A DNA stretch of 64,000 nt, taken from the NCBI GenBank assembly GCA_030390025.1, contig CM059431.1, forward strand, positions 100,690,001 to 100,754,000. The letters run 5' to 3'. This document shows, piece after piece, positions 25,831 through 40,837 of the stretch (position 1 is its first letter; every line of letters begins with the position of its first letter). The notes under the pieces are model-generated. The model was not told where the DNA came from. It did no database searches and was given only the letters and a program-made list of their open reading frames with translations. The DNA is from Squalus acanthias. Taxonomy: Eukaryota. The translations under genes and the position numbers were made by a program.

Positions 25831-28814
25831 ACACTGCGTATTTAACTATTATACACAACTACAAACTTTTCATACGCTGAGAGATTTGTAAAACATGTCA
25901 AATTTAAAGCATCGTTGACAAAAGGGCACTATAAAATGTTATTTTTTTCAAGTATTTACATAAAATTCCTGTTCAATATCCAGGATTGGTTTTAGGTGGC
26001 GGGGGAACCAGCACAGACATCACTGACCCCCTTCCCTCAGTGCAACCTATGTACTACATATAAGTAAAATTTATACTTAATCTATAAAATAATGTCATTC
26101 AGTCCTTCTTTTACAATGTAATTTGTGGAATTTTAATTGATTACTTTGAATGCTCTATATTTAAATTACTGTTAAGCACACATCACATGTAGTAGATTAG
26201 CTATGAATTTTAATTTAGTACAGTATACGAGATGCCATTTAAAATAAATTACACAAAAATACATTTTACAAATTCCATTTCAGAGAATTATTAATTTTTT
26301 GCTCAGAAGCCAAATATTTTGGTCGTCAATTTAATGGATTTGAATGGGTTTTTATTACTAATCGAAGGTGATGCGTCTCAGTTCAAACTGATTTACGCAC
26401 ATCAAATAGATTTGATGGCTAACATGTTCTATAACCTTCGGAGGAAAACCTTTTAAAATTGTGTTTAAGTAAAAGTTTGCAAGATGCACCACTGTTTCAC
26501 AGTCATATTTCCTCGTTATTAATGGACAATTAATAATAAGATGAGATGAGGAGAATTTTTTTTACGCAGCGAGTTGTTGTGATCTGGAATGCGCTGCCTG
26601 AAAGGGAGGTGGAAGCAGATTCAATAGTAACTTTCAAAAGGAAAGAGCAGGGGGGGACGGGGACTAATTGGAGAGCTCTTTCAAAGAGCAGGCACAGGCA
26701 CGATGGGCCGAATGGCCTCCTTCTGTGCTGTACGATACAATGATTCCAATTAGCTCTATTTGCAAATCAGAGGAGCATTTCCGTATCACGCACAAGCAGC
26801 AATTGCCTTTTCCAGACTGCACCAAGTTCACATAGCAAAGGCTTGTGCTTCAGATTAAATAAATGACCACAGGAAGGGATGCAACTGAGAGCTTAAACAG
26901 TCAAAATTTAATTGCAATAGGTCTTTGCATATAATTCCTGAAGACAAGACTGAAAATGCATTTTAAGACTAACAACACAGAGAGGGCATCACAGATAGCA
27001 GACTCCAAATAATTAATCAAGCTTTTAACACCTTGCCATATGCCTAGCTGTGCTGGACAACAGTTACCATCACTTCATTAACTGTCTCTGTTTAGCTTGT
27101 TTGTCTTAATATCCTCAGCCTTGTTGAAATGCAACTCATTTAGAATAGATATAAACTGCTAATTAAAAGCAGATGTCATTTATTACCCAAACACAGACAT
27201 ACTGGAACTCTGACACAACCCTAAACTTTTTGCCAACTTCACACCACTTTGGAACAAGCAGTGAGCTGCATCACTGCTGTTTTAAAGTAGTCTTTTAAGA
27301 TATTAAGAATCGCACTAACAAAGCAAGTCTTAAACAGGCAAGTAACAAGTCGTATCTCTTCTTGCTGGCCACATTCCCAAGGGTCTGAAGGATACAGAAA
27401 CTGGTTCATTCTCTGTGGCAGTAGCACTGTATCTCCATCTGTTACTTTGAATTGCAGCCCACAAACAAAAATCAAAATCAAATGAATTCTGCTTTGTAAC
27501 ATGACTCAAATTCTTGTGTATGTTTTATGCAGTATCATTAAAAATATAGTTTGTACATAAACTCTTCAGTTTACTACCATTAGGTCTCTAACCCTCTTCA
27601 TAATATTCTGTTTTAAATAAGTAACCTGGACTTAAATTTAAAATAAAAGGAAGACTTATATTTATATTGGGCCTATCACAACCAAAGCGCTTTACAGCCA
27701 ATGAAGTACTTTTTGGAGTGTAGTCACTGTTGTAACGTAGGAAACGCGGCAGCCAATTTGTGCACAGCAAGATCCCACAGACAGCAATGTGATAATGACC
27801 AGATAATCTGTTTTAGTGATGTTGGTTGAGGGATAAATATTGGCCCCAGGACACCGGGGAGAACTCCCCAACTCTTCTTAAAAATCAACATTTGCACGAA
27901 CTGTGGGCGCGACAACACACAGAAATAAAATTCAAAATGAACTGAGTCACGACACCAAAGCTAGGCCTATTTTCTCACTTACACTCATATTTTCACAACC
28001 TCCCCCAGGTAACAATTCCACTGAAAGCAAGCAGCAGTTTCACCAGCAAGGGGAAGAATGCGGTGGCCAAGAAATTGACTTTAAAAAAAAACCATAGCCA
28101 GCTTGCTGCAAGCTTTACTCATACTGGCACAGTATGGTTTTAGAATCACTGCCTGGTCCCCACAGCTCCTTTGGATGTTTAAATCGGGGGTGGAAGAAAT
28201 GAAGGGTATGTCCATTTTGACCAGAAGGTCCGGTCCCAGCTTCAATCCCAATCTGGGCAGTTTCCTGCTCTCAGCCAGGGTAGCAACTGAAGTGTTACAA
28301 ATGGTCCAAAAACTCCGAGGCTAGAGAAAGCAGGATGACCTCCGCCCAGTTTTCCACCAGTGTCAGGTTTTGGGGGTGAGCTACCCTGTAATGAAGATGT
28401 TCTAAAAGTTTTCAGAAGCTCTGGACAGGAGCTTTTTGAAAATATTTGCTTTGCACATGCATGGATTTGTCTGCATGCTTGTTGCTAAAAAAAAGTTTTA
28501 CTGCTTTCTTCAAAGTACCATGCCTATGTGCCAGTAGGTCCGCATTGCTTCCATGTTCCACTATTAGTATTTACTGGCCATATCCGACACATTTCAGGCC
28601 CTCAGGAGAGACAAGGGTACTGAGAGACATGCAGATAGTAATAAGTTCAGGAAGTTAGTTCTGACAGTAGGAGTGTGTTGAAACGCATAATCCATTAAAT
28701 TAATAATGGACGATTCCTACAGAAAGTAAGCCAATCCTCAATACAGCCGCAACAGAGCAGCCTACAGCGATGAAGGCTCTGTGCATAAAGAATAGCCATC
28801 AGTTTGCACTATTA

Positions 28815-29167
28815 TATCATTGAATGGTACAGCACAGAATGAGGCCATTCAGCCCATCGTGTCTGTGCCGGCTCTTTGAAAGAGCTCTCCAATTAGTCCC
28901 ACTCCCCCTGCTCTTTCCCCATAGGCCTGTAAATTTTTCCCTTTCAAGTATTGATCCAATTCCCTTTTGAAAGTTACTATTGAATCTGCTCCCACCGCCC
29001 TTTCAGGTAGAGCATTCCAAATCATCATAACTCGCTGCCTAAAACAAATTCTCCTCATCTCCTCCTCTGGTTTTTTACCAGTTACCTTAAATCTGTGTCC
29101 TCTGGTTACCGACCCGCCTACCAGTGGAAACAGTTTCTCCTTATTTACTCTATCAAAACCCCTCACA
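28815..29167 (-). mobile_element. CR1 3' fragment
   Basis: GFDRVNKEKLFPL..TRGHRFK. Confidence 0.85.
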
Positions 29168-30159
29168 TAAATGCACTGCCAACATTAAGTGCCTTACAAA
29201 ACCTACCAAAATAGATCCTACCTGTCATGTTGTGATTGTGCAACTGCCTTTACCCCTGACTATACAATTATATATATATGCTCATTAACAATATTTTGTG
29301 CAGAACACTTTGAAAAATGGGTCTTTAACAGTAAAACTAAATCTAAAAATCAAAAAAATGGGTTTGGTATGACTACATTTTGGGAGTCGGGGTGTTAAAC
29401 AATGTGATGCTTATGGTTTTGTCCTTTGATCAGCGTTCATTAGAGAGCGAGATGGAAACTTACTGGTCCCAACAAGACATGGAAACTATAAATTTCAAGA
29501 TGAAAGATTTTTGCGGAAATTAGTCATCAGTCTGACAGGCAGAGAACCTGCCTACTGTCTACTGCACTACCCTGTCCAGTTTGGGACTCGACATCCTAAG
29601 GGAAGGGGTGGGCGGGTCAGGGAAGGGGGCCGGGCGGGGGGATAGAAATATCAGCCAAAAATAAAAAGAAAAGAAATGTCAGCAAATGGCATACGAATAT
29701 TTCTTTTTTTTTTTTGGTAACACCCCCACTCAAAAGAGATTTAAACAGATCACAAGGGGAGCCATGGGGCCAGTAAGATGTGTTTGTAAAACTGCTTAGC
29801 AACAGTAGGGGAAAGAGTGAAGGGGGCTTCGGGTAACCTGGCTGCCAGCAGCCATGTTATTTTGGACAGTGCTGAGTGTGTATTTCACGCTGCCACATTT
29901 TATAGTCCCGAGAACAGAAAGTCAGAAGTCACATCTGGAGACTCTGCCTGGTAGAAATCCAGCAGAAGGGTGTTTAGCTTAAGTCAGTCTTTTGGCATTC
30001 TTAACGTTTATAGTGGCAGAAGAGAAACAAAGGTCACGTGTTCCTTCAGCTCCGATACACAACTATAAATAGGTATCAAATTCATAGCAGAAATCATGAC
30101 TTTTTTTTGTAATTTCAGATCCGAGAAGAAGCGTTGAAGTAATATGCTGCTTAGTAAAA

Positions 30160-30592
30160 GAAAGACAGACTTGCATTTCTATAGCGCCTTTCATGACCAC
30201 CGGACGTCCCAAAGCGCTTTACAGTCAATTAAGTATTTTTTTTTTTAAAGTGCAGTCACTGTTGTAATGCAGAGAATGCAACAGCCAATTTGCACACAGT
30301 AAGCTCCCACAAACAGCAATGTGATAATGACCAGATCATCTGTTTTCGTGATGTTGATTGAGGGATAAATATTGGCCCCAGGACACCAGGGAGAACTCCC
30401 TTCTCTTCTTTGAAATAGTGCCATGGGATCTTTTACGTCCATCTGAGAGAGCAGACGACTCATCCAAAAGACGGCACCTCCGACAGTGCAGCACTCCCTC
30501 AGTACTGCCCCTCCGACAGTGCGGCGCTCCCTCAGTACTGCACTGGAGTGTCAGCCTAGATTTTTGTGCTCAAGTCTCTGGAGTGGGACTTG
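30160..30592 (-). mobile_element. Deu-SINE containing two copies of the 33-bp unit
   Basis: cgacagtgc.gc.ctccctcagtactgc repeated at 30481 and 30514. Confidence 0.85.
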
Positions 30593-30692
30593 AAGTAGCA
30601 TTTTTGTTTCTCCAACTGCGCTCCCAAACCCATGGAAACGCTGATTAGTGTTGCGGTACAGTTCCACAGACACCAGTAGCTTTCTGGTGCCT

Positions 30693-31145
30693 TGTCACCC
30701 CTGTGCTCGCTGGCCTACATTGGCTCCCGGTCCTGCAACACCTCAATTTTAAAATTTTCATCCTTGTTTTCAAATCCCTCCATGGCCTTGCCCCTCCCTA
30801 TCTCTGTAACCTCCTCCTAGCCCTGCAATCCTCCGAGATCTCTGCGCTCCTCCAATTCCGGCCTCTTGCGCATTCCCGATTCTAACCCCTCCACCATTGG
30901 CAGTCATGCTTTCAGCTGCCTAGGCTCTAAGCTCTAGAACTCGCTCCCTAAACCTCTCCGCCTCTCTCTCCTCCTTTAAGACAATCCTTAAAACCTACCT
31001 CTTTGACCAAGCTTTTGGTCACCTGTCCTAATATCTCCTTATGTGGCTCGGTGTCAAATTTTGCTTGATAACTCTCCTGTGATGGCCTTGGGATGTTTTA
31101 CTATGATAAAGCCGCTATATAAATGCAAGTTGTTGCTGTTGTTGT
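30693..31145 (+). mobile_element. L2 3' fragment
   Basis: LHWLPV..FKSLHGLAPPYL; (ttg)n tail. Confidence 0.85.
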
Positions 31146-32470
31146 CCCAGGAGGCCGTTTTGCATATTCAAGAATAAGCAGTAAGCGGTAAAAAAAAAAA
31201 GCTATTCGACCACGGGGGCATCACAGCCAATTTAAATCTTATCCCCACCCAACATACGTCTTCTGGCAAAAAGATCCTGGACAGCAATCAGGGTGGGAAA
31301 TCTGCCTGAATTTTGCGTTCTCTAGTCCACAGACAGTGAAATCAATTGTAATATCCTTGCCGCTAATATCACACACATGATGCCTCTTTGCAGCTCTTAT
31401 CAGTTCCTCGGCATTCCTCAGCCTATCTTTATAGATCTCCCTATCCTGTTTTCTTTCCTGAACATTTTAAATAAATGTTGTATGCTTTCCCTTTCTCCCT
31501 AATGCCTTTCGCAACTTTCTTAGTAAGTCAAATCGGTTTTACTCTTTTATTCTGCCCTTGACTGGGGGAAAGAGAGATGAGGAGATTTTTTTTTATGTAG
31601 CGAGTTGTTATGATGTGGCATGCACTGCCTGAAGATTCAATAGTAACTTTCAAAAGGGAATTGGCTATGTACTTAAAAAGGAAAATTTTGCATGGCTATG
31701 GGGAAAGAGCAGGGTGGGGGAGCGGGGGGGAGTGGGACTAATTGGATAGCCCTTTCAAAGGGATGGCACAGGCACGATGGGCCAAATGGTCTCCTTTGCT
31801 GACGGTTCCAGGATTTAAAACAATTTTTTTTTAAAAATTGCCATTATTCTTCAAACTTCCTTTACATAGCATTGACTTGAGGCTTTATCCATTACTCCTG
31901 CTGGCACAGATCAGCCATGATCTCATTCAATGGCAGAACAGGCTCGAGGGGCTGAATGGCCTCCTCCTCTTCCTCTGTTCTCTGTCTCTGCACGAGTCTA
32001 TGACAAATTTCAGGGATAAATTCCTGTCGCATTGTAAAAATTATTCCTTTGAAACTATTTCACTCTCCTTTCATATCTTTTTCTTCAAGTAAAAGAGCGC
32101 TAGACATAATTAAGGGGAAGAGGGAGCAGTTTGTCAGCATGGACTAAGAGTTGGTGGAGGAGAAACTCCCCATGAGCAGGGCAGGAAGTCAAGGGGATAC
32201 AGGTTCGTTGTGAACTGGGGTGGGGGTGGTTGTACATGGGAGGATGCATTGTGACAGCTTTTTGGGAACTGATAGTTTGTCTACTGAAAACCCAAATTAC
32301 ACTTGGGTTTTCCTTTTTTCTAAAAAAAAAAATAAAAATCTATCAATTATGAACGATAAAGGGAGCAATTGTGACGATAGTGAATCAGCAGCCTGGTTTA
32401 CATCTCTCCCGATTTTCATATTCATTGACTTCAATGGAAATGACAACAGGCAAAGGTGTAAAAAGGGCCA

Positions 32471-32620
32471 AAATAACAACAGAAAGCGCTGGAAAAACTC
32501 AGCAGGCCAGGCAACATCTGTGGAGAGAGAAACAGAGTTAACGTTTCAGGTCGAAGACCCTGCGTCAGAACTGAGAAAAAAGCAGGAAATGAAACAGATG
32601 AAAAAGCAAGTTGGAGGCTG
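32471..32620 (-). mobile_element. Penelope-like fragment with mutated hammerhead (32536-32572)
   Basis: AGUU-CUGACGC-A-GGGUC(UUC)GACCU-GAAACGUU-AACU; core A9 changed to C; sits inside a palindromic repeat at about 32360-32675. Confidence 0.75.
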
Positions 32621-33713
32621 CCCATTCGCTATCGCCCGTTTTACACTATTGCACCAAGTCAAAATTACCCCCGCAAGTCTTTAACATTAACCAGAATTGG
32701 CCAATATTTATCCCTCAACCAACATCACTGAAAACAGATTATCTGGAAATTATCACATTGCTGTTTGTGGGACCTTTCTGTGTGCAAACTGGCTGCCGCG
32801 TTTCCTACATTACAACGGTGACTACACTTCATAACGTACTTAATTGGCTGTAAAGTGCTTTGGGACGTCCTGAGATTGGGAAAGGCGCTATATAAATGCA
32901 AGTTCTTTCCTTTTCAGAATGAACCATTTTTCAGGGAGCAATGCCCCAGATCAATGTTTCCCGCAGTTCTTTTTTGGGTGCACGGCCCATTCATGTGTGA
33001 AATTTAACATTGAAAAAGCCAGTCCTGGGCTGCGTGAGACCGGCAGAGAAATACACAAGGATGGTCACATTTGGAAGGAATGTGTACAATTATAAATTTG
33101 CTGCCTACAGCTCAAGCTACAGATCCTTAGTCAATGAGAGGAGACTCAAATCCTCCATTTGCCATTAGGCAATCTTAAGAAAAATTAAAACTTTTTTTCT
33201 CCCAGCACTAGATTATTTGCTGCTACTGGGAGGAAGAATTAAATGTATTTGGTCCCAAATGGTAAAAAGCGAATAGTTTGGGAAAACTCAACAAATGTAC
33301 TTTTTTAGATGAAAAAATGCAAAGTCCATGCTCACTGCAGATTTCAAAATATTGGAAAATGTACCAAATAAAGAGTCAAAAATCTAAATTTTGGGGTGCA
33401 TAAGGGGACATACCTCAGAACCTCCCCCCAGAAATAAATATTGTGCCTCCAATATTTGTATTTCCCCTTTAGACTTTCACATTTATGCTTTTTTCCCCAT
33501 CCAATGCAAAGAAAGGAATGTTGAGTGTAGTTTGTTACCAGCCCACAGAACCACTTGTTTTCCAAATCTCAGGACTATGCTTGAGCTGAAACACAAAGAG
33601 AAACCACTTGAGACCCTCAGTAGGTCAGGTAGCTTCCGTCGGGAAAACATGAGTCAGTTGACGTCACAGGTATTGTCCCTTCTCCGGGTTTGTTGAATGC
33701 CCAGGCGCGGTCC

Positions 33714-34890
33714 GTAGGAACAGGAGGAGGCCATTCAGCCCCTCGAGCCTGTTCCACCATTCAATTAGATCATGGCTGATCTGCATCTTAACTCCAGCTA
33801 CCCGCCTTGGTTCCATAACCCTTAATATCCTTGCCTAACACAAATCTATCAATTTTTAAATTTTCAATTGATCCCCAGCCTCAACAGCTTTTTGGGGGGA
33901 GGGAGTTCCAGATTTCCACCACCTTGTGTGTGAAGAAGTGCTTCCTGACATACGAACATACGAATTAGGAGCAGGAGTAGGCCACTCAACCCCTCGAGCC
34001 TGCTCCGCCATTCAATAAGATCATGGCTGATCTGATTACTCCACATTTCCGCCTACCGCCGATAACCTTTCACCCCCTTGCTTATGAAGAATCTATCTAC
34101 CGCTGCCTTAAAAGCATTCAAAGACTCTGCTTCCACCGCCCTCTGAGGAAGAGAGTTCCAAAGACTCGCGACCCTCTGTGAGAAAAAATTTCTCATCTCT
34201 GTCTTAAATGGGCGACTCCTTATCTTTAAACAATGACCCCTAGTTCTAGATTCTCCCACAAGAGGAAACATTCTCTCCACATCCACCCTGTCAAGACCCC
34301 TCAGGATCTTATATGTTTCAATCAAGTCACCTCTTACTCTTACTAAACTCCAGCAGATACAAACCTAGCCTGTCCAACCTTTCCTCATAAGACAACCCAC
34401 CCATTCCAGGTATTAGTCTAGTAAACTTTCTCTGAACTGCTTCTAACGCATTTACATCCTTCCTTAAATAAGGAGACCAATACTGCACACAGTACTCCAG
34501 ATGTGGACTCACCAATGCCCTGTATAACTGAAGCATAACCTCCCTACTTTTGTATTCAATTCCCCTCGCAATAAACGATAACATTATTAGCTTTCCTAAT
34601 TACTTGCTGTACCTGCATATTAACCTTTTGCGATTCATGCACTAGCACACCCAGATCCCCCTGGGCATCACCCCTGAACGGCCTGGCTCTAATTTTAAGG
34701 TGATGCCCCCTTGTTCTGGACGCCCCCCACCTGGGAAATAGTTTCTCTCTATCTACCCCATCAATTCTTTTAATCATCTTAACCACTTCAATTAGATCAC
34801 CCCTTAATCTTCTATACTCAAGGGAATACAAGCCTAGTCTGTGCAACCCGTCCTCATAACATAACCCTTAGCACCCCGGTATCATTCTGG
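33714..34890 (-). mobile_element. CR1 with a second CR1 (about 33950-34660) nested in it
   Basis: Host splits at cttcctg.cat / cctgggcatcacc; inner copy has its own catacgaacatacgaa tail. Confidence 0.82.
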
Positions 34891-35267
34891 TCCTTCTGGT
34901 ACAGTAGGGAAGTGCAAGTGAAGGCCACCTGCTTCTCCGGAGGGAAGAGGAAGATGGAGAATTCCCTCGCTGCTCTTGTAGACCTGCTATTTTTCATGGT
35001 TTCACAGCAACACTGGTGTATTTCTCTAAGAGTAGGTTAAAAGCCCTCCTCTCACCAGGGATGGAAGGGAGACAATTAACTTTCTTTTTAAAAAAGTAGT
35101 CTCAACCTAACAAAAAAAAACAAAATGTTTTGAAGCTCCTGCATAATTTTATTTGTTAAAGCTTTTTGCCAATCGGGGGTGGGGGAATAAAAAGGCTTCC
35201 TTGTCTTTACAATGTATTGTATGAACAGGTTTAGCATTGCATATAAATATATTCCCACTTAGAGCAG

Positions 35268-36470
35268 ACAAGGAGCTGAATTCCAGAGGTGAGGTGAGAG
35301 TGACTGCCCTTGACATCAAGGCAGCATTTGACCAAGTCTGGCATCAAGGAGCCCTAGTAAAACTGAAGTCAATGGGAATCAGGGGGAAAATGCTCCACTG
35401 GCTGGAGTCATACCTAGCACCAAGGAAGATGGTTGTGGTGGTTGAAGGTCAATCGTCACAGCCCCAGGACATCGCTGCAGGAGTTCCTCAGGGCAGTGTC
35501 CGAGGCCCAACCATCTTCAGCTGCTTCATCAATGACCTTCCCTCCAACATAAGGTCAGAAATGGGGATGTTCGCTGATGACTGCACAGTGTTCAGCGCCA
35601 TTCACAACTCCAGAGATAATGAAGCAGTCCATGCCCGCATGCAAAAAGACCTGGACGACGTTCAGGCTTGGGCTGAAATGTGGCAGGTAACATTCACGCC
35701 ACAGAAGTGCCAGGCAATGACTATCTCCAACAAGCGAGAGTCTAACCACTTCCCCATGACATTCAAAGGCATTACCATCGCCGAATCCCCCACTATCAAC
35801 ATCCTGGGGGTCACCATTAACCAGAAACTTAACTGGACCAGCCACATAAATACTGTGGCAACAAGAGCAGGTCAGAGGCTGTATTCTGCGGCGAGTGTCT
35901 CACCTCCTGACTCCCCAAAGCCTTTCCACCATCTACAAGGCACAAGTAAGGAGTGTGATGGAATACTCTCCACTTGCCTGGATGAGTGCAGCTCCAACAA
36001 CACTCAAGAAGCTCAACACTATCCAGGACAAAGCAGCCCGCTTGAGTGGCACCCCATCCACCACCTTAAATATTCACTGTCTCCACCACCAGCGTACTGT
36101 GGCTGCAGTGTGTACCATCTACAAGATGCACTGCAGCGACTCGCCAAGGCTTCTTCGACAGCACCTCCCAAACCCGCAAACTCTTCCACCTAGCAGGACA
36201 AGGGCAGCAGGCACATTGGAACACCACCACCTCCAAGTTCCCCTCCAAGTCACACACCATCCTGACTTAGGAGTATATCGCCGATCCTTCATCGTCGCTG
36301 AGTCAAAATCCTGGAACTCCCTCCCTAACAGCACTGTGGGAGTACCTTCACCACACGGACTGCAGCGGTTCAAGGCGGCGGCTCACCGCCACCTTCTCGA
36401 GGGCAACTAGGGATGGGCAATAAATGCTGGCATTGCCAGCGATGCCCAGATCCCATAAACGAATAAAAAA
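35268..36470 (+). mobile_element. Second CR1/L2-superfamily LINE, frameshifted RT and 3' end
   Basis: ALDIKAAFD, GVPQGS, MFADD; frameshift near 35880; same family at about 45325-46025 and 60017-60530. Confidence 0.88.
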
Positions 36471-36472
36471 AA

Positions 36473-36842
36473 AGTTAAGAGATTTAATTGAGGTGTTCAA
36501 AATTATGAGGATTTTTGAAAGAGTAAATAAGGAGAAACCGTTTCCACTGGCAGGAGGGTCAGTAACCAGAGGACACAGATTTAAGGTAATTGGCAAAAGA
36601 ACAAGAGGCAACATGAGGAAACTTTTTTTTTTACGCAGCGAGTTGTGATCTGGAACGCGCTGCCTGATAGTAACTTTCAAAAGGGAATTGGATAAATACT
36701 TGATGGGAAAAAATTTACAGGGCTATGGGGAAAGAGCAGGGGGGAGCGGGACTAATTGGAGAGCTCTTTCAAAGAGCCGGCACAGGCACGATGGGCCGAA
36801 TGGCCTCCTCCTTCTGTGCTGTATCATTCCACGATTCTATGT
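36473..36842 (+). mobile_element. CR1 3' fragment
   Basis: LRDLIEVFK..TRGHRFK, attctatg tail. Confidence 0.8.
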
Positions 36843-38072
36843 TTAAGTTATCGTAAAAGTACTTGGAGAATTTCCAAAATGACGTAACAAAAGTAAAATC
36901 CTCATAAAAACTCATTCCTAAGCAGCGTGTCTGTACCTGGTCCAAGTGTTGACCGATAATACAGTATCCCATGGCTCGCACACTACTTCTCGCTGCAAGT
37001 TTTATTCTCAGTACTGTCTGCTTTAGCCTTCCATTAAACCCTGAACAAGCTGGTATCAATCAGGCAAAGGGGGGGAGAAATGAGTCCTAGAGCAAATATT
37101 CACAGGGATCCCACTAACAATAATCTGATCCTGTGGCGCTGTAAAGCCCATCAAGTCTTTTGTTTCTTCGAGGGCTTCTTGCATAACAATTAAGACTTTG
37201 CTTAACAGTTGGAGGGGGCTGAGCAACCCAGTATTGTCCATCTCCGTGTGTCGAATGCATTGCATTTTTCACATTAACAGGGAACCAGCGGAACTCCAGG
37301 ACTATGCCCAGGACGGGATTTTTAAAAAGGTAGCAACAAAAAAAGGGGGAGTTAATAAGATAGCCTACCTGTGGTAACTTTTGTGTTGCTTAACTTTGCA
37401 TTCCAAACTGCTGCACGCATTGCTAATCAGTGATCAACTGGAAACTGCAGATCATTCTGAAAAGCCCGGCAGGGTATTTGGCTTTCAATTCTTCTACTCT
37501 GTTTATTCCCAATACAAGTATATTCATCAAGCTTAGAAACAACTCTTGAACAAGGGGCAGCCTTTTGGCAATGAAATGTAAATCACAGACTTGTGCTTAA
37601 AATGTAGACTTGCCATTGCTAATGAGTGCACCGAGAGGAAAATACTCACTAGATGATTTAAATGTTTCCATTTAACCCGACACATTCTAATGCCTCCACC
37701 GCACCCAGGAGATGGCTACAACAAAGAACTGATGAAAGTAGCAGACTGACTGTAGTTCTTATCATTCTGCATGGTTCCCAATATTAAAATGTTATGGTTG
37801 CAGGAGCCTTTTAATGTTTCAATATTACAAGTTACGAAACCACAACTTAAATTGTGTGAAAGAATACAAGTGAATCACTTGCACAAAAAAAAGTGAACGT
37901 CTTTTATTAACGTCAGTTTTTCTACTCTTGGTTTACTAGAATAGCGATAGCACAGGAGCAAGAACCGAAACTAGACTGAAGGTTTAATATAGAATTGTAG
38001 AATGTCAAAATATGTTAGAAATCTTCTGAATAATAATAAAAGTCGTTGTTTATAAATTAAAGTTGCATTTTT

Positions 38073-38465
38073 AGACGGTTAAGGGGTGATTTGATTGAAG
38101 TTTTCAGGATATTAAGGGAAACAAGTAGGGTAGATAGAGAGAAACTATTTCCGCTAGTTGGGGAGTCTAGGACGAGGGGGCATAGTCTAAAAATTAGAGC
38201 CAGACCTTTCAGGAGTGAAGTTAGGAAACACTTCTACACACAAAGGGTGGTAGAAGTTTGGAACTCTCTTCCAGAAACGGCAATTGATGCTGGGCCAATT
38301 GTTAATTTTAAATCTGAGATTGATAGCTTTCTGTTAACCAAAGGTATTAAGGGATATGGGCCAAAGGCGGGTATGTGGAGTTAGGTCGCAGATCAGCCAT
38401 GATCTCACTGAATGGCGGAACAGGCTCGAGGGGCTAAATGGCCTACTCCTGTTCCTATGTTCCTA
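38073..38465 (+). mobile_element. CR1 3' fragment
   Basis: RTRGHSLKIR..FYTQRVVEVWN; cctatgttcctat tail. Confidence 0.85.
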
Positions 38466-39359
38466 TTATCTGAAACATTGGCCATGATTTTCCTTAATTT
38501 AAAGAACATGTTCCACATTTTGGTAACACATACCTAAATGTTCTAAGGTACAGTGAATCAAAATCGCCTTAACACCTTAAAATGTATATTAATCTCAAAT
38601 CAGGCCAAGTTTCATTCAGCAGATTGTCTGTCGACAGGTTAGCATGCATCATCTGCAGGGTTCGGGTCAACACTGTTACCCCAAAGAACTTGAGGGGAAT
38701 GTATTAAGGAGTCTAGTTTCGACAAAAAGAAACTTTGCTAAAGTGAGCTACAGCATTCATTGACACAGGAAAGAAAGTAATTGGTCAGCGTTAAAAAGCG
38801 TGCGGAATTTGTACTAACGGGTGAATCGTATTGCTCTGTACTGCTAAGCAGGTTGGAAAAAAATTGGTGAACCAGAAAAGCTAGCAAAATTATTATTTTA
38901 AAAGCATACAATGGACCCTTGTTTCCCATCACTTACTCTTCATTGTCAATTTTATTTTTCTGAGACCCAACTTTTTTGCATGGACTTTACAAATCCTTTA
39001 TTGTTCTGTGGACAAATGCTACTTGGCGCCATTTCCTTTACATAGGCAGTGGCAAACTAAGATTTGTGGGGGGGGCTTTCCACACCTTTTGATTGTGATC
39101 ATTGAGACACAACAGTTACACAGCAAACAAATGCCTGACCTGCTCCTTCAGTCACATGAAGCTGTCCCACTGGAAAAATGGGCGAGAGAGGAAAATACAA
39201 AACCTCGACAGCAAAGGTTGCTGCCACAAGAAACAGCAACAATTGTTGGTGTGAATTGAGGTTATTTTAAAAATGCGTCAGTTTCACTTTCACTCTTGCA
39301 GTTTATGATTCCATCTAATCTCCTAACCTGCAGTACAGCTTTGTAACGTGCTACAGGTA

Positions 39360-39930
39360 TTACATATAATTTAGCAGGACAAAAAGAGCCCAACTGGTCG
39401 TCGTCTTCTTCTTCTCTTCTGTGCTGGTGTTAATGCTCCACATGAGCCTCCTCTCACCTTACTTCATCACACTCTATCAACATATTCTTAAATTCCTTTC
39501 TCCCTCATGTGTTTATCCAGCTTCCCCTTAAATGCATCTATGCTATTCGCCTCAACCACTCCCTGTGGTAGCGAGTTCCACATTCTCACCACTCTCTGAG
39601 TTAAGTGGTTTCTCCTGAATTTCTTACTGGATTTATTAATGATTATATTATATTTATGGCCCCTAGTTTTGGTCTCCCCCACAAGTGAAAACATCATCTC
39701 TACATCTACCCTATCGAACCTTTTCATAATTTTAAAGACCTCTATCAGGTCATCCCTCAGCCTTCTCTTTTATAGATAAAAGAGTCCCAGCCTGTTTAGT
39801 CTTTCCCGATAGTTGTAACCTCTCAGTTCTGGCATCACCCTTGTAAATCTTCTCCAGTGCCTCTATATCCTTTTTGTAATATGGAGACAAGAACTGTGCA
39901 CAGTACTCTCAAGTGTGGTCTAACCAAGGT
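39360..39930 (-). mobile_element. CR1 3' fragment
   Basis: KTRGHKY..TQRVVRMWN. Confidence 0.8.
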
Positions 39931-40721
39931 TTTATTTCATGCTGCTAGTCTCAAAAACTCATTCCCAACCTTGTGGTTAGTGCTCAGAATCATGAGAATG
40001 CTTCCAAACAAGGGCAGGTCTACAAACTCACAGCGGAAGGATTTGCTGTCTGCAGTCTCATTATTATCGGGCATCTCCATATTCATTTTACAAAGACAAA
40101 GAGAAAACTTTCCCATTTACAACTGCATTCCATCTAATCCTCTCCATGCCATGATGATGGATTTTGATTTGTGTTTCCTTAAAGATTTTTTTTCCCGACA
40201 TTACAACACTTCAAAAGTACTTCATTGGCTGTGAAGTTTTGGGACATCCTGAGGTCATGAAAGGCGCTGTGTGAATGCAAGTTCTTTTCTTCTTTATTAT
40301 ATTAGTCAGTTTCATAAGTTGCATGCGTGTGTAAGTACAGCAAATTGACATGACATGAGGTACTGATTTGAAAAACTACAAGTGGCCAGTATAAATGGCA
40401 TCTCCTTATTTCACCATCACAAAACCCGTACTTCAGCCTGCCAATGTTACCTTTAATTTTTTTTTTCGATGCACGGCACATTCAAAATACCGCACATGCG
40501 CAGTTTTTCCTATTTAAAAGCCAGTGAGCTGGCTGCCCAGGAGCTGCAGAGTGTTGCACAGCCGCGCAGCTTAAAGAGAACCTGCTCTGTAGTATAATGA
40601 GGAATTAGAATGTTACAATCCTCCAAGATCTCTGCGTTCCTCCAATTCTGGCCTCTTGCACATCCCCGATTTCCATCGCTTCATCATTGGTGGTTGTGCC
40701 TTCAGCTGCCTAGGCCCTAAG

Positions 40722-40837
40722 CAATGTTCCGTCTAATTTATTTTTTGTGCACGGGCCTTTTAAATTTCTTCCAGCGGCAGCGGCCTGCGCGAGACCTTGC
40801 GATTGATGCACAGCCGCGCACCTTAGGGGGAACATTG
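40722..40837. mobile_element. hAT-type MITE inserted in an L2 (about 40615-41045)
   Basis: TIR caatgttcc/ggaacattg; 8-bp TSD gccctaag/gtcctaag. Confidence 0.8.

Noticed and set aside
35237..36410. 318-aa and 171-aa ORFs as a host gene
   Set aside because: Frameshifted LINE reverse transcriptase with other copies in the window
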